Origin: an uncultured Prolixibacteraceae bacterium
GTDB taxonomy: Bacteria > Bacteroidota > Bacteroidia > Bacteroidales > FEN-979
Direction of reading: 5' to 3'
Assembly: GCA_964449285.1 (NCBI GenBank)
Contig: CAYUZX010000011.1
Coordinates: forward strand, 612 to 64,611
DNA: 64,000 nt
Position numbers and translations under genes: made by a program. Under the pieces are notes generated by a model. It searched no databases, was not told the origin of the DNA, and was given only the letters and a program-made list of their open reading frames with translations. This document shows, one piece after another, positions 34,944-43,803 of the stretch. How positions within the stretch are numbered: the stretch's first letter is position 1; the number at the start of each line of letters is the position of its first letter.

Positions 34944-36989
34944 ATGGGAAATCAAGAGAAGAAAAAACGGATAGGAGTTTATATCTGCCACTGTGGCGGG
35001 AACATCTCCGATTACGTGGATGTGGAACAGCTCCGCGATATGATGGCTGGAGAAGAGAGCGTGGCCATCTCCAAGAATGTTATGTTTGCCTGCGCCGACT
35101 CCAACCAGAAAGAGATGATCAAAGACATCCAGGAAAATAATCTGGATGGCATCGTGGTAGCCTCCTGCTCCCCCAAACTGCATCTCCATACGTTTCGCAA
35201 CGTGGCGCAACGTGCGGGATTGAATCCATACAACTACGTTCAGGTCAACGTGCGTGAGCAGTGCTCCTGGGCCCATTCCGACCATCCTGATCAGGCATCC
35301 GTGAAGGCTGCAGGCCTTATCCGGGCAGGGATCAAACGGGTCTCTTATTCGGAAGCCCTGGAACCGGTGAAGATCACCGCGGTCAAAAGCGTTGTGGTCA
35401 TCGGCGCCGGCGTTTCCGGGATGCGGGCTGCCATTGAACTAGCCCGGATGGGGAATGAGGTTTTCCTTGTTGAAAAGGAGGCAACCGTCGGCGGACATGT
35501 TGCCGGCTGGAACAGCCTCTATCCTACAGGTACTTCCGGGAAGGAACTGACGCAGAAGATGCTGGAGCAAATACGCCGGATCCCATCCATCAAGCTCTTT
35601 ACCAGTGCAACCGTTAAGAACGTCACCGGAAGCCTTGGGAACTTCACTGTAGAGGTGATGGTAAGCTCCCACGGAGAAGAGGTGCTGAAACTTCCGGCCG
35701 GGGCAATCCTGGTTACCACAGGGTTCAGCCCGAACATCCCGGAAGAAGACCAGTTCGGGTACGGCTTGTCGGAATCGGTGATCACCCTTCCCGCGTTCAA
35801 GAATCTCCTTCAGGAATATCCAAACCCAGGAAACCCAGACGGAAAGAAAAATGGGAAAGCTTCAGGAAAACTGATGGTAAACGCAAAAGAGATCCGGAGC
35901 GTAGCTTTCATCTACTGCGTTGGGATGCGTCAGAGTGGCGGTCCCAATAAATATTGCTCACGTACCTGTTGCACCAGTACAATGCACGCATCCCTGGAGT
36001 TGCATGAAAAATTCAGCGATGTGAAGTCGATGCATCTCTATCGCGACATTCGTACTTACGGGAAACAAGAGGTGTTTTATGACCAGGCTTCCAGGCAGGG
36101 AGATCTCTTTCTGATGTATAAAGAGAATGACCCACCTGTAGTTTCGGTAATCGGGAGCCAGGTGACGATCGAAATAACCGACCACCTGACAGCGAAGCGC
36201 CGGCTGGAATTGAAACCCGACCTGGTTGTGCTGGTGACGGGGATGGAAGCCCGTGCCGACAGCAAGGAGATGGCACAGCTGCTAAAGATCCCCATTGGGA
36301 ACGACCGGTTCTTCAATGAGATCCATCCGAAGCTGAGGCCGGTTGAGACGGTCATCAATGGCGTCATGCTGGGAGGCTCCTGCCAGGGCCCGAAAAACAT
36401 CACCGAGGCTATCCAGTCTTCCATGTCGGCGGCAGCCAAAATCAATGCCCTTCTCTGCAAGGAGAGCCTGGAGATGGAGCCCATCGTGGCGCGGGTTAAC
36501 GAAGAGGCCTGCACCTGGTGCGGAAAATGTGCCGAGGTGTGCGATTACGACGCCATCTTCCAGATGGAGACAAACGGCAAGGTGGTAGCTGGCGTCAACG
36601 GGGCTACATGTACCGGATGCGGCATCTGTGCCCCGGTTTGTCCGGCCGATGCCATTGAGGTGGCACAATATACTAACAACGAGATCGAGTCGATGATCGA
36701 CGGCTTCATGGCGCCGGTCACACTGGAGGAAAAGCTTGCAGAAGTGGGAAGTGAAGAGGGCGCTGGCGACAGGCTGATGAAAGAGTATCCCGGTATCTGG
36801 AAAGAAATCCTGCACCAGATTGACAACGAGCCATTGACCATCCCGCAGATAGCAAAGCAGATGCAGCGGGAAAGCGACCTTGTCACCTACCATGTCATGA
36901 CCATGAATAAATATCATATCCTCGAAGCGGCTGGCATGGACGAAGATGATGCCTATTTCCTCTACACGCCTAAAATCCGATTATCATGA
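34944..36989 (+). CDS. HdrA/QmoB-like flavoprotein with C-terminal 2x[4Fe-4S] and a winged-helix-like tail
   Basis: IGVYICHCGGNISDYVD, VVVIGAGVSGMRAAIELA, CSRTCCTSTMHA, CTWCGKCAEVC, CTGCGICAPVCP. The last ~70 aa (ILHQIDNEPLTIPQIAKQMQRESDLVTYHVMTMNKYHILE) look wHTH-like. Confidence 0.8.
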   Translation: MGNQEKKKRIGVYICHCGGNISDYVDVEQLRDMMAGEESVAISKNVMFACADSNQKEMIKDIQENNLDGIVVASCSPKLHLHTFRNVAQRAGLNPYNYVQVNVREQCSWAHSDHPDQASVKAAGLIRAGIKRVSYSEALEPVKITAVKSVVVIGAGVSGMRAAIELARMGNEVFLVEKEATVGGHVAGWNSLYPTGTSGKELTQKMLEQIRRIPSIKLFTSATVKNVTGSLGNFTVEVMVSSHGEEVLKLPAGAILVTTGFSPNIPEEDQFGYGLSESVITLPAFKNLLQEYPNPGNPDGKKNGKASGKLMVNAKEIRSVAFIYCVGMRQSGGPNKYCSRTCCTSTMHASLELHEKFSDVKSMHLYRDIRTYGKQEVFYDQASRQGDLFLMYKENDPPVVSVIGSQVTIEITDHLTAKRRLELKPDLVVLVTGMEARADSKEMAQLLKIPIGNDRFFNEIHPKLRPVETVINGVMLGGSCQGPKNITEAIQSSMSAAAKINALLCKESLEMEPIVARVNEEACTWCGKCAEVCDYDAIFQMETNGKVVAGVNGATCTGCGICAPVCPADAIEVAQYTNNEIESMIDGFMAPVTLEEKLAEVGSEEGAGDRLMKEYPGIWKEILHQIDNEPLTIPQIAKQMQRESDLVTYHVMTMNKYHILEAAGMDEDDAYFLYTPKIRLS

Positions 36990-38101
36990 ATCAAGTAGAT
37001 ACAGCATTCTCAAAAGAGCTGGCGAAATACGGGGCCAGCGATTTCGCCGCCTGTTACAACTGCGGAAACTGCACCGCCGTGTGCGACCTCACCGAAAAGC
37101 AGGCCAACTTCCCGCGGATGTTCATCCGTTTCGGCGTTTTGGGACTGAAGAAGGAGATCCTGAAGAGCCGTGAAGTGTGGCTTTGTTACGCCTGCGGCGA
37201 GTGTACCAAGGCCTGCCCGCGACAGGCCGGTCCTGCGCCATATATGTCTGCCATCCGGCGATATGCCATCGCGAGCTACGAGCCCACCGGCCTCACCAAA
37301 ATGCTCTTTAAAAGCAATCCGTTTGCCATTGTTTTCACTTTGGCGCTGGCCGTATTGCTGGGTTTCTTCCTCTTCACCATCAAGCCCGACCATGAAGTCT
37401 CGCGCTGGATCTTCAACTGGATGCCGTTTGATGTGATCCACGACCTGGGGATGATTATCTTCGGACTTACCGGATTGGCCCTGGTGATCGGTATCATCAA
37501 CATGATGCGGCACCTTTACAGCGGAAATGAAAAACCGGTTTTCGACTGGAAGAAAGTGCCCGGAGCATTTCGCTATGTGCTGGACGAGATGGCTTTGCTA
37601 AAGCGATACCGTAACTGCGATGACGACGAAGAGAATTTCTGGGTCAGGAAACCCGAGTGGCAGCACCCGTGGTTTATCCACTGGTCGATCATGTGGGGCT
37701 TCATCGGGCTGCTCGTTGCCACTATGCTCGACTTCCTCTTCAAAGACCCTGCACTCGCCATCTGGTGGCCCAGCCGGATCCTGGGTACGCTGGCCGGACT
37801 GCTGATGATGTATGGCACCTCCATGGCCATGTATTACAGGACGAAAAAAGTGACCAAGACATATGCCGAAACCCACTTTTCCGACTGGATGTTCCTGGTT
37901 TTCCTCTGGATTGCCGGATTTACAGGCTTCTGGCTTGAGGTGGCAGTAGCTCTTGGCGGCCATACCATCCTCAACCAGGTGATCTTCGTGATCCACACCA
38001 TCATTTCGATGGAGCTGGTGATCCTCTTTGCCTTCTCCAAATTCGCTCACGCCATCTACCGGCCCGTGGCGCTGTTTTCCTATTATTTTGTGAAGTCGTA
38101 A
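36986..38101 (+). CDS. QmoC-like fusion: HdrC-type 2x[4Fe-4S] domain + NarI/HdrE-type membrane domain
   Basis: CYNCGNCTAVCD and CYACGECTKACP, followed by ~6 TM helices with conserved-looking His. The start overlaps the upstream stop (ATGA at 36986-36989). Confidence 0.75.
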   Translation: MNQVDTAFSKELAKYGASDFAACYNCGNCTAVCDLTEKQANFPRMFIRFGVLGLKKEILKSREVWLCYACGECTKACPRQAGPAPYMSAIRRYAIASYEPTGLTKMLFKSNPFAIVFTLALAVLLGFFLFTIKPDHEVSRWIFNWMPFDVIHDLGMIIFGLTGLALVIGIINMMRHLYSGNEKPVFDWKKVPGAFRYVLDEMALLKRYRNCDDDEENFWVRKPEWQHPWFIHWSIMWGFIGLLVATMLDFLFKDPALAIWWPSRILGTLAGLLMMYGTSMAMYYRTKKVTKTYAETHFSDWMFLVFLWIAGFTGFWLEVAVALGGHTILNQVIFVIHTIISMELVILFAFSKFAHAIYRPVALFSYYFVKS

Positions 38102-38105
38102 GGCA

Positions 38106-38132
38106 GGGAAATCTTATCCCGGAGGATTTCCC
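38106..38132 (+). terminator. Hairpin after the operon (GGGAAATC-N11-GATTTCCC) followed by a T-rich run
   Basis: 8-bp perfect stem starting 5 nt after the stop at 38101. Confidence 0.4.
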
Positions 38133-38358
38133 ATGATTTTTCCTGGTTCATGATCGTAAGAATTTTTTACCGCCTAATTTTCACTTTAACTGGTTCCACC
38201 AAGACCATGCATATTTTATAACGCGCTGATATACAATATTAATAAAATCACGATTTCAAATAACAGGGTAAATTTCAGAGTAAAACGTTTGACACTAATA
38301 TCTGGCACGAAAAGAATTAGCAGGTTTAAAGTGAAGCGGATTTTGCCATCATTCCGGA

Positions 38359-39084
38359 TTAGCTCAATTTAAATACGAAGTGATTTTTGCGACTGATTTT
38401 CCTCTGCAGTTGGGAATAGGTTTTTCCCTTTTGAACTCCTTCTTTGGAGAGGATCTCCATCGCTTTTTGGAACTTTCCCTTTTCCCGGTACATGTTTGCC
38501 AGGTATAAAAGATCCACATCTGCACTTATAATGTACAGAAATATCATCCGATCGAGGTTCTGAACCAATAGACCATCGTATTTTCGAAACAATTTTTTAC
38601 AGGTTCGGCGATGGGACAGAATCGCTTTGAGCTCTCTTAAACTTCTGGCCTGGGTCCAGCCTCCCAAGTGCCTGATGATATCATTGATGGACCACCATAA
38701 ATGTTTCCTCAGGTAGAATTCCTGCCATTCAGTTTTCGCAAAATCCTGCTCAAGTAACTCCTTGTAGAACATGATCTGACGTTCCTTACCCTGCTCATCA
38801 AAAATCATAATCAGACTTAACGTGTCCATAACATTGGGGAGGTTATCCATTCTCTTCCAGTCGATCTGATCTGCCGGCAATTTGGATTCACTTCTCCAGA
38901 AAGGCTTCTTGCAAGCGACACAAATACCAATTCCACTTGCGTCTTCCATTGAAGGAACTTCATCATTTTTACCATCCGAAAAATAGGTTGAAGAGCCATG
39001 TGTGGTATACGATATCAATTCGTAATCCATCATCAAGGTCGAACAATGTGGGCATTTTACTACAATTTGGTCAAAAGTGGTCAT
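38359..39084 (-). CDS. Hypothetical protein: N-terminal zinc ribbon + helical domain
   Basis: CPHC...CVAC pairs in the first 60 aa. The rest is helical. No family recognised. Confidence 0.5.
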   Translation of the reverse strand: MTTFDQIVVKCPHCSTLMMDYELISYTTHGSSTYFSDGKNDEVPSMEDASGIGICVACKKPFWRSESKLPADQIDWKRMDNLPNVMDTLSLIMIFDEQGKERQIMFYKELLEQDFAKTEWQEFYLRKHLWWSINDIIRHLGGWTQARSLRELKAILSHRRTCKKLFRKYDGLLVQNLDRMIFLYIISADVDLLYLANMYREKGKFQKAMEILSKEGVQKGKTYSQLQRKISRKNHFVFKLS

Positions 39085-39154
39085 GATGGCATCAACTTTC
39101 GAATAAAATTAAGGAAATTTGGGAGATAAACTGGCCGCAAATGTGAGAATTTGG

Positions 39155-39162
39155 TAAGTTTG
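39155..39162 (+). promoter_or_regulatory. Candidate -7 box TAAGTTTG (TAnnTTTG)
   Basis: 36 nt upstream of the TTG start at 39198. Confidence 0.3.
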
Positions 39163-39197
39163 AATACAAAAAATTATCCACTAAAACCCACATTTCA

Positions 39198-40274
39198 TTG
39201 GACAGAGTCACAATAGATGATACGCTGCAAAAACTGGATCAGCTGATCAAAGAGGGAAGTGCCTACTGCTACTTTAACAAGCCTGCCGATCCCAAAGAGA
39301 TCGAGGCACTGGAAAAAAGACACGGATTCCGGCTCCCCGATTCATTCAAATCATTCCTTGAAAAATTCAACGGAGGGATGATTGTAAATAAGAGCCTGGA
39401 GAAAATCATTCAACGGGATAATGATCTGGAGACTGCGAAATGGAACGCCACCTGCATTTTAAGCACACACGAACTAAATGAGGCTTACATCTCCATGATG
39501 AACAGAACGTTCGGTGTTGCCGGACAATTTGGCGCTATCTTTCCGTTTATCCCGTTTTGTAAAACCAGTACCAATGAATCACTGGTTTTCGTCAACCTAA
39601 GCAAAGGGGAAACGGAATCCTCTGTACTGGATGCCTTCCACGAGGAATCGCCTGAGACATGGGGTTTGGTGGCTGAAGATTTCAATGCCTTTCTGATCAA
39701 TTATATCGATACCGGAGGCAATCCGGATGTGATAGGAGATGAAAATCGCGGCACTGCTGCCAATCTTGCCAGAGATACGGTTTCCGAAGAAACGTCTGAG
39801 GAGACACCGGAAGAGATTATTGAAAGGACCAATGCTCAAATCGAAGATGACCCTACGGATGCATGGTATTATTCTGAGCGCGGGTTTGCCTTTAAGTCGT
39901 TGGGGAGGTTTACTGCTGCACTGGATGATTTCAATCAAAGTATTAAACTGGACGATCGCAATGCGTTCTCCTATTTTGCACGGGGAATTCTGTATGAGGA
40001 TTTGAACAAGTCCCGGGCTGCATTGATTGATTTTGATAGTGCGGTTAACCTGGAACCGGATGACAAGCATTACCTCAACTGCAGGGCCAGGGTTTTATGT
40101 GATATGGAGAAATATGAGCCGGCACTTGCCGACGTGAACAGGGTCATCGAACTGGATGAGGATTATATCCTCTCCTACTATACCCGGGAGAAAATCTATC
40201 GGGCTTTGGGTGAGGATGAAAAAGCGCGATTGGATCTCCACAAAATCAGGGAACTTGAGAACGAGGAGGAGTAG
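39198..40274 (+). CDS. SMI1/KNR4 (SUKH-1) domain protein with acidic linker and C-terminal TPR repeats
   Basis: IEALEKRHGFRLPDSFKSFLEKFNGG is the canonical SUKH start. TPR-like repeats run from ~aa 215. TTG start, with no in-frame ATG nearby. Confidence 0.7.
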   Translation: MDRVTIDDTLQKLDQLIKEGSAYCYFNKPADPKEIEALEKRHGFRLPDSFKSFLEKFNGGMIVNKSLEKIIQRDNDLETAKWNATCILSTHELNEAYISMMNRTFGVAGQFGAIFPFIPFCKTSTNESLVFVNLSKGETESSVLDAFHEESPETWGLVAEDFNAFLINYIDTGGNPDVIGDENRGTAANLARDTVSEETSEETPEEIIERTNAQIEDDPTDAWYYSERGFAFKSLGRFTAALDDFNQSIKLDDRNAFSYFARGILYEDLNKSRAALIDFDSAVNLEPDDKHYLNCRARVLCDMEKYEPALADVNRVIELDEDYILSYYTREKIYRALGEDEKARLDLHKIRELENEEE

Positions 40275-43037
40275 TTATTGGCTGCCAAAATTAAATCCGA
40301 TTCGTGGCCGTTGCGGCTTTTCCTCCTGCATTTCAAATCCCTTCAGATCTTCCACTGTCAACGTCGACATCACCTTCTTTGTTCTCTTACTTTTCAGGAG
40401 GTCGGCCATGCGGAGTTCATGATTCCTGAAAGCTTTCTCGACCAGTTTTCTGATGGAACGGGCGTTGCCAAAAAATTTATTCCGGGTTTGATACATGTTT
40501 GCGATGGACTTCCTGATATCCTTCTCAGCAGTTGGATCGGCATGTACGCCTTTGCCAGCGAACATCGAAAAGGCAATCTCACTGAGCTCCGTTTCCGAGA
40601 AGTCCTCGAACCGGAAAGTCATGTCGAACCGGGACTTCAACCCTGGATTTGACTCAATGAACCGCTGCATGTTTTCGGTGTATCCGGCAACAATCACCCC
40701 GAACTCCCCCCGGTGGTCCTCCATCTCCTTGATCAGGGCAGCTATGGCCTGCTTGCCAAAATCATGGCCGCCTGCACTCGGTCCCCCTTCCGTGATGGCA
40801 TATGCTTCATCAATAAAAAGGATACCTCCCATAGCCCGGTTTACCAACTCCTTGGTTTTCAGCGCTGTCTTCCCAACCCATTCGGCAATAAGATCACTGC
40901 TGTCGGCATCAATCAAATGACCTCGCTCCAGAATTCCAAGCGCTTTATAAATTTTGCCAATGATACGAGCTACAGTGGTTTTTCCGGTGCCAGGATTGCC
41001 TAAAAAGATGGAGTGCATGGAGAATGCTTTTAAAATATCACGATCCATCTCTTTATAATAGTTCGTCAACCGGATCAATTCATGCACCTCCTGTTTGATG
41101 GATGAGAGTCCGGTCAACGCATTCAATTCTGCCAGAGCCTCCTCAAGCAAAGGTGTGTCTACATCCAGGTTAAGCGATGCATCATGCTTGTTTTCAGTCA
41201 AATCTTCGATATCCTGAGCTTCAATGACTCGCAGCATTTCCCTGGTCAGGTTAAGTAATTTATTTTTTCTTACCAACCTGATGCCGAGGTTCATCTTAGC
41301 TTCGTCAATCATCGAGTTGACAAAACGAGCATTCCCGAAGGTGCGGTCGCGTTTACGGTAAGCATCTGTGACCAGCTTTTTCAGCTTTTTCAATGCTTCA
41401 TCCGAAAGTTCCACTCCTCTCTCCCTGGCGGCATAGTCTCCTATTGCCAACAGCTCATCGGGTGTATAATCCTCAAAATGATAGTAATTGGTTACTCGTG
41501 ATTTCAACCCCGGGTTGGAGTGGATCATCGTCTCCATCTCCCTGGGGTAACCCGCCATCATGATGGCAATATCTCCGGGTCCGTCGCTCATTTCGGTGAT
41601 CAATGCTGAAATGGCTTCCGGACCGAAGTCGGTTGGAGCATCCTCTTTGTAGAGCATGTACGCCTCATCAATGAAGAGGATACCTCCCCGGGCTTTCTCG
41701 ATCACCTGCTTGGTGTTTTGTCCGGTTTGCCGTACATACTGAGAGATCAGGTCACTGCTCTCCACAGAATGTACATGCCCTTTCGATAATAGTCCCATGG
41801 ACCGGTAGATCTTCCCCAGTAATTTTACCACTGTAGTTTTGCCCGTTCCGGGATTTCCGGTAAACACGCTGTGTAGTTTGATCTCTTCCTTCTCTTCAAT
41901 TCCTTTTTGCTGCCTGTATTGAATAAATATCACATAGTCGATGTACTCCCTCACTTTCAGTTTGATCTCATGCAGTCCGATCAATTTATCGAGATCAGCC
42001 AGGATTTCGTTCAGCGGCCGATTGTCGATCTCAACCTCGGTGGATTCTTCGTCCGAATCTGCATCTTCCTGCTGGTTTTCATTTGAGTCATCACGGGTCT
42101 TTTCACTGATCGGGTTCGTTTTTGAGCGTTCATCTTTCGTCTCCTGGTTGGAAACGACAGGGTTCCCATAAAACTCTCCAACCTCTTTATTTAACAATGC
42201 TTCGTATTGACTAATCCGTTCAATAAACTTCTCTCCAACCACAAAGGGAATGATTGCCACTACTGTATCCATGAATACAACCTCAATGCGGTAATTATCT
42301 TTATACCATGAACCCGCTTCTGGAGATCCCCAACCACCGGTAATAGGAAATAACTCACCAGGACCCAGGTTTGGGGTAATCATCCCCAGGTGATCCACCT
42401 TGCCAGTCAACACCCCGGTGTCGTCATAATAATTGAAGAAGACTTCACACATCCACTCCTCCTCCAGATGGTTGATGATGTTGAATTCGGTCATGATGTA
42501 CCTGGTATCCTCTTTGCTGAATTGTTTGTAGTACTTCCTTTCATCACTATCCAGGTCGCCTTTCGGCGCTTCGTAAGTTTTCAGGGAAGAGACCTGAAAA
42601 TATGGATTCTGATCAAGGGTTACCTCACCGGCATCTTCGATAAAGAAATTTGTGGTCCCAACGAGCTTCTTGTCGATATAGACTTCCCACATATACGATC
42701 CCTGCTTCCAATAGTGTCCGTAATCCTCTGATCCCCACCCGAAATCCAACAGAACAACATTCTGATCCCGGGTTATCGTATGATCCTGTGAAACAGCACA
42801 ATACTCCTTCCCCTTTTTTTCTCCGTTCATGCCATACGACTTGAAAGTAATCTTTGTTTGCCAATCCTCCTCGTCAAATAGTTTGTTGTAAAATTCAAGA
42901 GCGACATTTAAATAATTTATCTCTTTTGCATCAAAAAGTCTTCTAAGCCTCCGGGTGTTGTTCATCATCCTGGAAGGGTTGTATGTAGTCAGGCTTTTGA
43001 ATTTGTAATTTTTTTGTGCGTTTCTTCCATCCACCAT
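40275..43037 (-). CDS. Double CbbX/SpoVK/EccA-type AAA+ ATPase with a duplicated N-terminal beta-rich domain (920 aa)
   Basis: Two modules, each with GNPGTGKTT (Walker A), ILFIDEAY (Walker B) and GY...M..F...NPGL.SR. The N-terminal ~290 aa carry two similar ~130-aa repeats. Confidence 0.8.
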   Translation of the reverse strand: MVDGRNAQKNYKFKSLTTYNPSRMMNNTRRLRRLFDAKEINYLNVALEFYNKLFDEEDWQTKITFKSYGMNGEKKGKEYCAVSQDHTITRDQNVVLLDFGWGSEDYGHYWKQGSYMWEVYIDKKLVGTTNFFIEDAGEVTLDQNPYFQVSSLKTYEAPKGDLDSDERKYYKQFSKEDTRYIMTEFNIINHLEEEWMCEVFFNYYDDTGVLTGKVDHLGMITPNLGPGELFPITGGWGSPEAGSWYKDNYRIEVVFMDTVVAIIPFVVGEKFIERISQYEALLNKEVGEFYGNPVVSNQETKDERSKTNPISEKTRDDSNENQQEDADSDEESTEVEIDNRPLNEILADLDKLIGLHEIKLKVREYIDYVIFIQYRQQKGIEEKEEIKLHSVFTGNPGTGKTTVVKLLGKIYRSMGLLSKGHVHSVESSDLISQYVRQTGQNTKQVIEKARGGILFIDEAYMLYKEDAPTDFGPEAISALITEMSDGPGDIAIMMAGYPREMETMIHSNPGLKSRVTNYYHFEDYTPDELLAIGDYAARERGVELSDEALKKLKKLVTDAYRKRDRTFGNARFVNSMIDEAKMNLGIRLVRKNKLLNLTREMLRVIEAQDIEDLTENKHDASLNLDVDTPLLEEALAELNALTGLSSIKQEVHELIRLTNYYKEMDRDILKAFSMHSIFLGNPGTGKTTVARIIGKIYKALGILERGHLIDADSSDLIAEWVGKTALKTKELVNRAMGGILFIDEAYAITEGGPSAGGHDFGKQAIAALIKEMEDHRGEFGVIVAGYTENMQRFIESNPGLKSRFDMTFRFEDFSETELSEIAFSMFAGKGVHADPTAEKDIRKSIANMYQTRNKFFGNARSIRKLVEKAFRNHELRMADLLKSKRTKKVMSTLTVEDLKGFEMQEEKPQRPRIGFNFGSQ

Positions 43038-43153
43038 ATTGAAAAGCTAACTGGTTATTGATCAATCATCTATTGGTTAATAATAAATTAGGGCAAAATA
43101 AGAAAAAAATTGGTACAACTATTCAACTTTTATATTTTTAATAACTTGACAAT

Positions 43154-43342
43154 TTGTTATCTATTTTAAATGAAACCATTGTGACTCCTCCAACATTAAA
43201 TGTCAGACAAACCACCAATGAAAACCCGGAGATATTGGGGAAGGTTTATCAAGGCGATACCATTTTCCCAACCAGGGATTATTTCTATTGGATGGAATTC
43301 GACTACAATGGAGGTAAAGAGTATGTGAATGTTAAATTTTAA
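43154..43342 (+). CDS. Possible stand-alone bacterial SH3-like mini-protein
   Basis: LNVRQTTNENPEILGKVYQGDTIF...W.EFDYNGGKEYVNVKF resembles SH3b. The start codon is unclear (TTG or GTG). Confidence 0.3.
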   Translation: MLSILNETIVTPPTLNVRQTTNENPEILGKVYQGDTIFPTRDYFYWMEFDYNGGKEYVNVKF

Positions 43343-43803
43343 GGTCGGTACAGATTCCGGACCTGAATAAAGTGTCAAATATCCAACTTGGGGAAGTGCA
43401 ATCATTATTACGGGGTTATTTGAACGCACATGTAGATTGGAGAACATGGAAATTCTGGATCGTTGCACTTGCTTTAGGGGTCCTCTGGTCAGTCCCTGCA
43501 TCCAGTGTATCTCGCGCCCCGGTAAACAATGAACTGAGTAGTTCGGAACGAGTAGAATTGTTTCAGGTAAATCAAGAAAGGGAGAAGAAAGAGCAGCAGA
43601 AAAGGGAAATCAACAGACTGAAAGATGAGTTGGGAATGTAAGATGAATCTGACAGGCACAATTTTCCCATTTCGATGACACCTCCATGTTTCTGGCTCTT
43701 GGAACCATCAAGGGGCTTTAATAACGCATTTAATAGGTGTTTGGATTTTATTCTCACCGATGAAAATATGAAAATATGACAAATTATTTCATATCTTTAT
43801 CCT

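Noticed and set aside
36282-36917. 211-aa and neighbouring minus-strand ORFs inside the HdrA/QmoC-like genes (36077-36514, 37010-37513, 37598-38050)
   Set aside because: They are antisense to CDSs with strong Fe-S and FAD motifs. This is typical of GC-rich shadow frames.
43372-43641. 89-aa GTG-start ORF with one hydrophobic segment and a Lys/Glu-rich tail
   Set aside because: There is no motif, no recognisable start context and no conservation evidence available, so it is not reported as a feature.
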